Shown in pieces: positions 1 to 8,999 of a stretch of DNA of 64,000 bases (position 1 is its first letter; each line of letters begins with the position of its first letter). The notes below the pieces were generated by a model that made no database searches, was not told where the DNA came from, and saw only the letters and a list, made by a program, of their open reading frames with translations. The translations under genes and the position numbers were made by a program. This DNA is from Spirochaetota bacterium (GTDB lineage: Bacteria; Spirochaetota; UBA4802; JAGODF01). The stretch lies in NCBI GenBank assembly GCA_029974015.1, contig JARKUF010000017.1:16206-80205 (forward strand). Direction: 5' to 3'.

Positions 1-475
1 ATTCGAGATATTTCTTGTAGGCATGCCCCGCCATCTGGGGGCGTTCCATTTTGAAATAATACTCGGCGAGCTTGAAAAGTTCTACTTCGGGATTGATCGA
101 CTCGCCCTCTCCAAGGACTTCCCGCACTGTCTTGCCTATGCGTCTAAGCTGGTTGCTGAAGACGCGAAGCATCTTCTTGACCACATTTATGTTTTGTAAA
201 ATCATCCTTTCGAAATCCGCCAGGGAGAGGGACAGGACCGTAGTGTCTCCCACCGTCTGTGCGGTTTCGTCTCGGGGGTACCGCCCCAGGGCGGACTTGA
301 CGCCGAAAAACTCCCCGGGTTTTACGTTTTCCTTCACCTCGACCCAGGTTTTGTCCTCCACCTTCTTCGTCGTGAGAATCACCCTTCCCCCTTTAAGGAT
401 GTAGATGTTCTCGCTTTTGTCGCCCTCCATGTAAACGATGGAGCCGCTCTTGTAAGACCTCGTTTGTATTGCCAT
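1..475 (-). CDS. cNMP-binding domain protein with TPR-like C-terminus (truncated by window edge)
   Basis: Not in the ORF track. Manual translation from ATG at 475: MAIQTRSYKSGSIVYMEGDKSENIYILKGGRV...PGEFFGVKSALGRYPRDETA..., a cNMP-fold pattern. AGGAG RBS at 481-485. Confidence 0.8.
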   Translation of the reverse strand, partial: MAIQTRSYKSGSIVYMEGDKSENIYILKGGRVILTTKKVEDKTWVEVKENVKPGEFFGVKSALGRYPRDETAQTVGDTTVLSLSLADFERMILQNINVVKKMLRVFSNQLRRIGKTVREVLGEGESINPEVELFKLAEYYFKMERPQMAGHAYKKYLE

Positions 476-512
476 CTATGCTCCTGCCAGCACCCGTTCC
501 GTAAATGAATGA

Positions 513-1751
513 TCACATATCGTATTCTACGGGCATGAAGGGGAACTCCTTCTTGAAGCCCACGGCCTTGCTGATTCTTCTCAGGAGGCCTTTCAGGTCG
601 CCCGTAATCAGCTTCACTACACCGTCGATGACGATTCGCTGATACTGCGTTTTCTGGGCAACGAAAATTTCTTCGAATTCCGGGTCACCGTACATCACCC
701 TGCCAGCAATGACGACGAGCTTCACGTCTCGAAGCTCGGCATTCACCACTGCCCCATAAGGGTTTGCTTCTCTTTTTTTTACAATGGTCAGGTCGGCGGT
801 AAAACCCTGCCTGATCCGCCCGTGTTTGTGCATTCTGAAGGCCTTGGCGGAATTGGATGTCACCATCTTTACCATCAGGTCATCGGGTATTTCCGAGCCG
901 TAGGTCCTTTTGAAATACGATTTGTCGAATTTCATCTCGTACAGCAAGTTCAGGCCTCCGGACATGGGCGAATCCGTGCCGATGCAGAGGTTAACCCCCT
1001 TTTCAATCATGTACTTTACGTTGGCGGTCTTGTTGAACATGAACATGTTGGAATCGCCGCACCATACCACAGAGGCATTTTTCTTTTTGATTAGATCTAT
1101 GTCGGCCTCGCTGAAAGCGATTCCATGTACTAGGACCGAATGTTCTCCAAGGCCTTTTTTCCGATCAAGGGTTTTGAGATCGTTGACAGTTTCAGAGTCG
1201 AACCCCTCCGCGATGTGGGTGATGAAAGGCATGTCGTTCTTGACGGCCTTCCGGTATTCCTCCTCCACACCCTCACCCCAGTTTAGGGCGAAAGAGGCGA
1301 TTGAATGCACAAGGGCGTAATTCCGAATGGCCTGGACCGGCAGGATGTCGAGGAAAGGTTCGTTTACGAAATGTGGGATGTGGTCCGACACCGTGGTGAC
1401 TCCTGAAACCAGGTTGCGGTATGCACCGAGGAGGTACAGGTCACGGTTTTCAATCTGTTGGCGTTCCTGGTAGACCGGCGCGCTTTTCAGGTCATTGTCC
1501 CAGGGGAGCCAGTTTTCATAGGGGCCGTTTCCCACTTTGGGGTAGTAGGTGCCGAGAAGATGGTCGTGGGCGTTGATGAGGCCCGGTGTCAGGACCGCGT
1601 CATGCACTTCGATTACCAGAGGCGCCTTGCTTTCACCCGGAAACACCTTTTCAATTTTATCGCCGCTGATGCTTAGAGAAGCGTTCTTTATCGTTTCATC
1701 GGGAGTGATTATCTCCGCTCCCGATATTCCCCATTTCTTCATCAGCACCAT
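513..1751 (-). CDS. Amidohydrolase family (metal-dependent deaminase-like) protein
   Basis: PGLINAHDH (HxH), THIAEG, VHG and IGTDS motifs; GFTADL C-terminal pattern. Confidence 0.85.
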   Translation of the reverse strand: MVLMKKWGISGAEIITPDETIKNASLSISGDKIEKVFPGESKAPLVIEVHDAVLTPGLINAHDHLLGTYYPKVGNGPYENWLPWDNDLKSAPVYQERQQIENRDLYLLGAYRNLVSGVTTVSDHIPHFVNEPFLDILPVQAIRNYALVHSIASFALNWGEGVEEEYRKAVKNDMPFITHIAEGFDSETVNDLKTLDRKKGLGEHSVLVHGIAFSEADIDLIKKKNASVVWCGDSNMFMFNKTANVKYMIEKGVNLCIGTDSPMSGGLNLLYEMKFDKSYFKRTYGSEIPDDLMVKMVTSNSAKAFRMHKHGRIRQGFTADLTIVKKREANPYGAVVNAELRDVKLVVIAGRVMYGDPEFEEIFVAQKTQYQRIVIDGVVKLITGDLKGLLRRISKAVGFKKEFPFMPVEYDM

Positions 1752-2092
1752 CCCGCTTTGAATTTGTTGTTCGATTGCTCAACAATGAAGGACATAATTC
1801 TGATTATGCACATTTTGACAAATCATAGTAAAAAGTGCACCCTGAGTCAAGCAAAATTACCGGAGGCCCATTGTACCAGCATAACCTTCGGGGTATCAGC
1901 ATATACTCGCTTATTAATTATCTTCGGAAGAAAAAAATCAAAATAACAGCAATTATTTCAATGGGCTGCTTCTTTCAAGCATATAACACGGGATTTATGC
2001 ATTTCGTATTATCATCGTATGGAAAAAATATTACTTTACCGCGTCGGGGGAGGTATATTTAATATGCATGTAGGACTTATGGGTACAAAGCC

Positions 2093-4153
2093 ATGAACAG
2101 GTTTTTCTCCATTAAGCTCAGCTTTTCCCTCCTGCCGGAATTCCTCCTCATTTCGGGGCTGGTGGTCCTGTATTTTTACCGTTACGAAGCCGGAGGGTGG
2201 TTTTTCCCCCTTACGGCATTAGCCGCAGGAACCTACGCGATTGTGAGGTTTTTCCTCTCAATTCTTACCCGCGCCAGGTTTTATTCAAGGATGCAAGACG
2301 TCCTTTCTACGATTAACGAGTTTAAGAAAGGGAAATTCAGCACCGCATCGAACTCCGGGCAAACAGGCAAAGGACCTTTCTCGTCGCTAATGAGCGAACT
2401 TTCAGTGATGGGAAAGCATCTTGAAAACATCCTCAGCACCCAGAAAACGGAAATCTCAAATCTGCGCGAACTGTACCATAACATAGTCCTTTCCATCAGT
2501 TCTTTCTTCATTGCCCTCGACGAGAAGGAAGAAATTATATTCGCGAATGAAAGCTTCTGCAAGAAGTTCCAGTACGAACTTGAGGACATCGTAGGGAAAA
2601 AAATTGATACCATTTTTATTTTCCTGACTTCAACCATCCGGGAAAGCATAAAGAGAGTGCTCCAGGGGCACGAGGCCGTGGTGCTTGAAAAGACCCATCT
2701 CGTGTCGGCAAACAAGATATCGATCATCGCGGACATAAAACTCACCACGATGGTGGTGAAGGGGCGGACGCAGGTTATTTTTGTCATAGACGACGTCACG
2801 GCAATCTGCAAAAAAGACTTCCAGATCAACCTCATAAGCCAGGTGTCGGAATCGATACAGCGGGACGATGAAATTGACAGCGTCCTGCACGCGATACTCA
2901 TCGGCGTTACTTCTGGATCGGGTCTGGGCTTCAACAGGGCTATGCTTTTTCTGGCCAATCCAAGGGACAAGGCCCTCAAGGGGAAAATGGCCGTGGGGCC
3001 CGACACAATGGAAGAGGCGATAAAAATATGGAGCTCCGTATCCGAATGCGGTGTCGACATCTACAGCCAGCTCAAGTCGTACAACGAGAATAAGGAAGGG
3101 GGCGGGAAGCTTATAGAGAAAGTGCAGACATCCTCATTCAGTTTGAAGGACGAGGCCAACATATTCGTAAGGGCCTTAAACTCCCAGGAACATATCCATG
3201 TCTATGACGCCTATAATGATGAGAGGGTCTCGGAGGAGATTCGAGGTTTCATGGAAGTTCGGGAGTTTGTCGTCACTCCCCTGGTATCGGTGAACAAATC
3301 CCTGGGCGTCATAGTCGCCGACAACAGGTTCAACCAGACGCCTATTGGATACGACAATATTGAGCTGCTTTCCATTTTTGCCTTCCAGGCGGCGCTTCTC
3401 ATCGAAAGCTATAACAATCTCCATATGATAAAAAAGGAAATGGGGAAAATTCGGGACCGCCAGGAAGCGATGGTTGAGTCGGAAAAACTCGCCGCCGTGG
3501 GGCGCATCGCCTCCCATATAGCCCATGAGATCCGCAATCCTCTGGTGACCATGGGGGGATACGCGCGGCGAATCGTCCAGCTCGCCAGGGATGTTCCCAA
3601 AACGGGTGAAAGCATCGCAAAGGCGGCTACGGTGGTGCTGAAGGAATCGGAGCGGCTGGAAAAGACACTTTCCAACGTCATGGACTTCTCCAGGGCCTCC
3701 CACTTTATCATGGAATTCAATAATATCAACGAGGTCATAAGCGACACCTACGAGCTGTTAAAAAACCTTTTCCAGGAACGAAGGCTTAAAGTTGACCTGA
3801 AACTGGACGATGGCATACCTCTGGTCAAATCCGACTTCAACCAGATGAAGCAGGTGATGCTGAACCTTTTCCAGAATGCCATAGACGCGACGCCCCCGGA
3901 GGGCACGGTGACGGTGGCCACTGGGGCCAATGGCGACAGGATTACCGTTTCAGTGAAAGATTCCGGATTGGGAATGGCCGATGACGATATTCACAGGATT
4001 TTCGAGCCCTTCTATTCCACAAAAGTAACCGGGGTGGGGCTGGGCCTTTCTATAGTGAAAAAGATAATTACGGACCATAACGGCGAAGTCTCCGTTACGT
4101 CGAAAAAAGACGGAGGTTCGGAGTTCCTCATCAACCTCCCCATACCAAAATGA
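2093..4153 (+). CDS. Membrane sensor histidine kinase (2 TM, PAS, GAF, HisKA, HATPase)
   Basis: H-box AHEIRNPL, N-box NLFQNAIDA, G1 DSGLG, F-box FEPFYSTK, G2 GVGLGL. GAF-like segment GLGFNRAMLFL. Confidence 0.92.
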   Translation: MNRFFSIKLSFSLLPEFLLISGLVVLYFYRYEAGGWFFPLTALAAGTYAIVRFFLSILTRARFYSRMQDVLSTINEFKKGKFSTASNSGQTGKGPFSSLMSELSVMGKHLENILSTQKTEISNLRELYHNIVLSISSFFIALDEKEEIIFANESFCKKFQYELEDIVGKKIDTIFIFLTSTIRESIKRVLQGHEAVVLEKTHLVSANKISIIADIKLTTMVVKGRTQVIFVIDDVTAICKKDFQINLISQVSESIQRDDEIDSVLHAILIGVTSGSGLGFNRAMLFLANPRDKALKGKMAVGPDTMEEAIKIWSSVSECGVDIYSQLKSYNENKEGGGKLIEKVQTSSFSLKDEANIFVRALNSQEHIHVYDAYNDERVSEEIRGFMEVREFVVTPLVSVNKSLGVIVADNRFNQTPIGYDNIELLSIFAFQAALLIESYNNLHMIKKEMGKIRDRQEAMVESEKLAAVGRIASHIAHEIRNPLVTMGGYARRIVQLARDVPKTGESIAKAATVVLKESERLEKTLSNVMDFSRASHFIMEFNNINEVISDTYELLKNLFQERRLKVDLKLDDGIPLVKSDFNQMKQVMLNLFQNAIDATPPEGTVTVATGANGDRITVSVKDSGLGMADDDIHRIFEPFYSTKVTGVGLGLSIVKKIITDHNGEVSVTSKKDGGSEFLINLPIPK

Positions 4154-4198
4154 GGAGGGGCGGCGCCTGGCCCGTTGTGAACGGGAAGGAAAAATTGC

Positions 4199-4227
4199 TT
4201 GAAAGCCTCTTTTTAGAAGTATAGCAT
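4199..4227 (+). promoter_or_regulatory. Putative sigma70 promoter for the RR-glgC operon
   Basis: TTGAAA-17 bp-TAGCAT upstream of the response regulator. Confidence 0.5.
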
Positions 4228-4315
4228 TTTAGCGCCGAAAAAGGAGTGCCGTATGTCCATGCGACATGGTTCGCTGGCAGTGTGCGTAAAAGATCATTTT
4301 TGGGAGGAGCACGCT

Positions 4316-4678
4316 ATGAGCAAAATACTGATCGTAGAGGACGAACAGCACCAGAGGGAATTGTATGCGATGGAGCTACAGGAGGAGGGCTACCAGGTGG
4401 ACCAGGCCTCGAACGGCAAGGAAGCTGTGGAGCTGGTGAAGAACAACAAATACGACCTGGTTGTCCTGGATATCCGCATGCCGGAGATGGACGGCATAGA
4501 GGCCCTCGGGAAGATACTCTCCCGTGACAAGAAGATCCCCATAATTATTTATACTGCTTATTCAAATTACAAGAGCAACTTCATGACATGGACGGCCGAC
4601 GCCTATATTACAAAGTCGTCGAACCTCGGGGAGCTTAAGGAAAAGATCGCTGAAATACTCGCATCGCGCTCAAAATGA
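4316..4678 (+). CDS. Single-domain response regulator
   Basis: MSKILIVEDE...DLVVLDIRMP...TAY...K receiver motifs. GGAGG RBS before ATG 4316, so the start was moved from 4253. Confidence 0.9.
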   Translation: MSKILIVEDEQHQRELYAMELQEEGYQVDQASNGKEAVELVKNNKYDLVVLDIRMPEMDGIEALGKILSRDKKIPIIIYTAYSNYKSNFMTWTADAYITKSSNLGELKEKIAEILASRSK

Positions 4679-5892
4679 TGGACGAAGCTTTGAAAAAAAC
4701 CCTGACTTTCATACTTGCCGGAGGGCAGGGAGAGCGACTTCATCCTCTCACCAGGGACCGCTCCAAACCGGCGGTCCCCTTCGGCGGGATATATCGCATT
4801 ATCGACTTTCCCCTGAGCAACTGCCTGAATTCGGATTTGGAGAAAATCATCGTCCTTACCCAGTACAAGTCCCTTTCCCTGGACAGGCATGTTAAAACCG
4901 CCTGGAACATGTTTCAGCGCGATCTGGGGGGGTTTATCGATGTGGCCCCGCCCCAGCAGCGGATCAATGCGGACTGGTACCGGGGCACCGCCGACGCCAT
5001 CTTCCAGAACATCTATATCATCGAGATGGAAAAGCCCGAATACGTCCTTATCCTTTCCGGGGACCATGTTTACAAGATGGACTACCGAAAGATGCTTAGG
5101 TACCATATAGAAAGCGATGCCGACCTCACCATAGCCGCCATTGAAACGCCCGCGTCGGAAGCGTCCCGATTTGGCGTTCTTGAGGTGGACCAGCATAACC
5201 GCGTTATAGGCTTTCAGGAAAAGCCTTCAAACCCCGGGACAATTCCGGGGAAAGAAGGAATGTCCTTCATCTCCATGGGGATTTACGCCTTCAAGACGGA
5301 CAGGCTCGTGAAATATCTTTCCGACGATCACAGGCTTGAAGGCACCAACGACTTTGGGAAAGACATCATCCCCCGCATATACGGCACCGACCGGGTCTTC
5401 ACCTACGATTATGTGGCCGCCGAGGGCGACCGGGCCTACTGGAAGGACATCGGAACCATCAGCTCGTATTTCGATTCGAACATGGACTTGGTTTCGGTGA
5501 CGCCGGAGCTGAACCTCTATGACCGGAAATGGCCCATCCGTACTTTCATGGAGCAATGGCCCCCGGGCAAGATGATTTTTGACGAGGGCGAACGGAGGGG
5601 CGTCGCCTTGAATTCCCTAATATCGAACGGGGCCATAGTGAGCGGCGGCCGGGTGAGCGGCTCCATCATATCTCCCGGGGTGAAGATCAACAGCTTTTCG
5701 GAGATCCGGAACTCGATTATCTTTCACAGGGTCACCATCGGCCGGCGCACGAAAATACGAAACGCCATCATCGACAAGTATGTGAACATACCCGAAGGTG
5801 AAGAGATTGGCTTTGATTTTGAAAGGGATTCCCAGCGCTTTACGATTTCCCCGGAAGGCATTGTAGTAATACCAAAGGATTTTGTCTTCTGA
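4675..5892 (+). CDS. glgC: Glucose-1-phosphate adenylyltransferase
   Basis: LAGGQGERL..LT..RSKPAVPFGG, WYRGTADA, LSGDHVYKMDY, DFGKDIIP; C-terminal left-handed beta-helix. Confidence 0.96.
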   Translation: MMDEALKKTLTFILAGGQGERLHPLTRDRSKPAVPFGGIYRIIDFPLSNCLNSDLEKIIVLTQYKSLSLDRHVKTAWNMFQRDLGGFIDVAPPQQRINADWYRGTADAIFQNIYIIEMEKPEYVLILSGDHVYKMDYRKMLRYHIESDADLTIAAIETPASEASRFGVLEVDQHNRVIGFQEKPSNPGTIPGKEGMSFISMGIYAFKTDRLVKYLSDDHRLEGTNDFGKDIIPRIYGTDRVFTYDYVAAEGDRAYWKDIGTISSYFDSNMDLVSVTPELNLYDRKWPIRTFMEQWPPGKMIFDEGERRGVALNSLISNGAIVSGGRVSGSIISPGVKINSFSEIRNSIIFHRVTIGRRTKIRNAIIDKYVNIPEGEEIGFDFERDSQRFTISPEGIVVIPKDFVF

Positions 5893-7475
5893 TGAAACTC
5901 ATACTCGTCGGGAACCTCCGGGGGGCCCATGCCGGGGCCTATGTTCTCCTCAAAGAAACGATTGCCGACGCGTACCTCTTCTGCGGGGACCTGCTCGACG
6001 GCCCCTTTTTTTCTGCCGGCAATAATGCGCTTCTCTCTTCCCTTGAGCAGAGGCTTGGTGATTACTGCGGAGAAAAGCTAAACCTGCCATCGGCGGCAAT
6101 GTCGGCCCGTTCAATTTCCGATGATCCCGCCGCTCCGCGGGAGATTATCGAAACGGCGAAAGAATATCTCCTCCTCGCGGAAAAGGGGGCCGGTATGGCG
6201 GCGCAGAAATACCGCGTCCTGGACAATATACTCTCCACCAAACCCTATGTCCCGGTCCTCATCGTCCCCGGGCCCGGTGACGGCAGCCTTGAAGGCACTC
6301 CCCTTGCCGAACGCGTCCTGGACGGCAATGGTCGGGAAATATCATCCATTGTTATGCATGGGTTTTCTCAGGCTTCCTCCGGGACAATCGGTAAAGGCCC
6401 TGTCAATGTTCCGGAAACGGACATCCTGGCCATTGCCCTAAATGGCGGGGACGGGCAAATATCCGCCTCCCATCTCCATGCTTTTGTGGATGACCAGCGG
6501 AAAGGACATCCGGGGGCGGGGTTTCTGTTCATCTCCGGTTCCGGCAGCGGGCATTCCGTCATTGTGGACAGACATACCGTCGAGCTGCGCAGTGCCGATT
6601 TCGGCGTCGGGCCTGAGGACGTGGAGGTCGATGGAGGGTATTTCTACCAGTACGAATGCGGGTATAAGGGGTCGGTCCACATTGTCTTAAAAAAACTTGC
6701 GGGGGAAAGGGTCATCGACATCGCGGAATATTTTGTGGATAAAGGCATGTTGCGCGAAAGCGTAGTCGATGCTGACCGTTATGCCGCCCTTGTGGAAGGC
6801 AGAAAATTCGGGATAGACTCCATCACCTACACCCATTCCCCGGAGCTTAAACTCTTCCGTGATATACGGAACTTTTTCCGCATCCACCAGACCCGGGAAA
6901 CGGAGAAGCGCGTGGAAACCCTCCAGAAGGCCATAGACTGCATGGAGGATGACCGCCATCTCATGGCCCTGGACCTCGTGGGTTCCACCAATGTGGGCCT
7001 TTCGGGAAAAAGCTCCGATGTGGATATGGTCCTTTACATCAGGGCCGGGGGCGGGGACGATGAAAAAAAACTGCATCAGGAATTTTCCCGAGTGGAGGAG
7101 CGTCTGCGGCGGGAGTTGAGGGAGGAAGTTGAATTCGAGGTGATAGACCGCATCGACCTGGACCGCGTGGAGGCGAGCATAAGTTCCAGGGACTTCGGGT
7201 GCGATTCCCTTCAGTTGTTCGCCACCTACCGTTCCGCATGCCGCCCCGTCAATTACCGGGTGCTGGCGCCACTTGAAGACCGGCTCAACCAGGATACCAT
7301 GTTTCGGCGCGAAGTGGAGGAGCTAATGCGTTCCTATCTGCGAATGTTCGCGAAGACTTCGGACAACAGCAAGTCTTTCGAGAAATACCTTACCCGTCTG
7401 AAAACTTCCGGGATAGCCGTGCCGGGGCCTTTGATGGAAAAGATACGGATTATGCTACAGCAGAAGAGGACGTAA
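5892..7475 (+). CDS. Degenerate metallophosphoesterase-like domain fused to a Pol-beta-type nucleotidyltransferase domain
   Basis: N-terminal GNLRG / CGDL / VPGPGD resemble the calcineurin-like DxH / GD / GNHD motifs. C-terminal LVGS...SDVDMV is a GS + DxD motif. TGATG overlap with glgC. Confidence 0.65.
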   Translation: MKLILVGNLRGAHAGAYVLLKETIADAYLFCGDLLDGPFFSAGNNALLSSLEQRLGDYCGEKLNLPSAAMSARSISDDPAAPREIIETAKEYLLLAEKGAGMAAQKYRVLDNILSTKPYVPVLIVPGPGDGSLEGTPLAERVLDGNGREISSIVMHGFSQASSGTIGKGPVNVPETDILAIALNGGDGQISASHLHAFVDDQRKGHPGAGFLFISGSGSGHSVIVDRHTVELRSADFGVGPEDVEVDGGYFYQYECGYKGSVHIVLKKLAGERVIDIAEYFVDKGMLRESVVDADRYAALVEGRKFGIDSITYTHSPELKLFRDIRNFFRIHQTRETEKRVETLQKAIDCMEDDRHLMALDLVGSTNVGLSGKSSDVDMVLYIRAGGGDDEKKLHQEFSRVEERLRRELREEVEFEVIDRIDLDRVEASISSRDFGCDSLQLFATYRSACRPVNYRVLAPLEDRLNQDTMFRREVEELMRSYLRMFAKTSDNSKSFEKYLTRLKTSGIAVPGPLMEKIRIMLQQKRT

Positions 7476-7481
7476 AAGGGC

Positions 7482-8999
7482 TCATCTCCTGTACATCGCC
7501 GCCAGGCGCTTCAATTTGTCCGCCATTTCCGGGGTGATTTCGTTCTCCCTGAGCTTCCACCGCCAGTTTCCCCCGGTGGTACCGGGGATGTTCATCCTGA
7601 ATTCCTGTCCGTATCCGAGTATGTCCTGGGCCGGCACAATGGCGAGGCGCGCCGTGGTCATATAGGCCGTCCTTATAAGTTGCCAGTGAAAATCGCTGAA
7701 CTTTTCGGACCCTATGTACTCGAGTATGTACTTTCTTCTCTCGTCGTCGTTCTCGATGCCGTAGAACCATCCGTTAATCGTGTTGTTATCATGGGTCCCC
7801 GTGTAGACCACGCAGTTGGATTTCTCCATATTATGAGGGAGATATTCATTATCGCTGTTCTCATCGAATGCGAACTGGAGGACCTTCATCCCCGGGATTC
7901 TCAGGCCGTCCCGTAATTCCCGAACCTCGTCCGTGATGACGCCCAGGTCCTCGGCGATGATGGGAATATCGCCCAGGTCTTTTCTCAGCCTCTCGAAGAA
8001 GGCAGTGCCCGGGCCCTTTATCCATTTTCCCTTCACGGCTGTCTTTTCCTTCGCGGGGATGGACCAGTACGATTCAAAGGCCCTGAAGTGGTCAATGCGA
8101 ACAACATCGACGAGGGAAAGGAGGCGCCGGAGCCGCTTTTTCCACCATTCGTAGGTTTTCTCAAGAAGAGCGCCATCCCTGTCGGCCCAGCGATAAAGTG
8201 GATTTCCCCAGCGCTGCCCCGTCTCGCTGAAGTAATCGGGAGGGACCCCGGCAACGGCGCTGGGCCTTTTGGTCTTTTCGTCAAGCTGGAGTATGTCGGG
8301 GTTTGTCCAGGCGTCGGCCCCCTCCAGATTGATGTAGATTGGAATATCGCCGATGAGGCGTATGCCCAGAGTGTTGCAATGTTTCCTCAGGGCGTTCCAC
8401 TGCTCGAAAAAAAGGAACTGGACGAAGCGATGGTAACTGGCCCTGTCTTTGAGGCGCATGTTCCATTTTTCAAGGGCGGCCGCATCACGCATTGCGGCCC
8501 CGCTGTCCCATTCGAGCCAGTTATTTGTGTCATAGTGTTCCGCCAGGGCCGAGAAGAGCGCATAGTCGCCAAGCCAGGAGCGCTCATCCTGGCAAAACTT
8601 CTCAAAGGCTTCGAGGTCTTCATCTTTGGCTGATGAGAAGAAGAGCTCATTTGCCCTTGAAAGCTCCCTTTCTTTGTGCAGGGTCACCCGGTCAAAATCG
8701 ATGAAATGGTCTTCGAGGAAATTTTCTTCATCGATGGGTCCGCCATGCCAGGGTTTCTTCGCCACTTCTTCGAGGCTGATGAAGTATGGATTTCCCGCGA
8801 AGGTCGAGGTGGACGCGTAAGGGGAATAATCGAACGCCGGGACAACCGGTCCCAGTGGAAGGACCTGCCAGTACGATTGCCCGGCGCGGACGAGGAGTTC
8901 CGCGAAGTCGCGGGCCTCTTTTCCTAAGGTGCCGATGCCGTATCGTCCGGGAAGGCTCGTGATGTGAAGCAGGGTCCCTGCCGATCTTTCAATTTTCAT
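7482..8999 (-). CDS. malQ: 4-alpha-glucanotransferase (GH77)
   Basis: LLHITSLPG, WQVLPLGP, GDIPIY, GVPPDYFSETGQRWGNP, RIDHFR, AEDLG, YTGTHDN. Confidence 0.96.
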   Translation of the reverse strand: MKIERSAGTLLHITSLPGRYGIGTLGKEARDFAELLVRAGQSYWQVLPLGPVVPAFDYSPYASTSTFAGNPYFISLEEVAKKPWHGGPIDEENFLEDHFIDFDRVTLHKERELSRANELFFSSAKDEDLEAFEKFCQDERSWLGDYALFSALAEHYDTNNWLEWDSGAAMRDAAALEKWNMRLKDRASYHRFVQFLFFEQWNALRKHCNTLGIRLIGDIPIYINLEGADAWTNPDILQLDEKTKRPSAVAGVPPDYFSETGQRWGNPLYRWADRDGALLEKTYEWWKKRLRRLLSLVDVVRIDHFRAFESYWSIPAKEKTAVKGKWIKGPGTAFFERLRKDLGDIPIIAEDLGVITDEVRELRDGLRIPGMKVLQFAFDENSDNEYLPHNMEKSNCVVYTGTHDNNTINGWFYGIENDDERRKYILEYIGSEKFSDFHWQLIRTAYMTTARLAIVPAQDILGYGQEFRMNIPGTTGGNWRWKLRENEITPEMADKLKRLAAMYRR

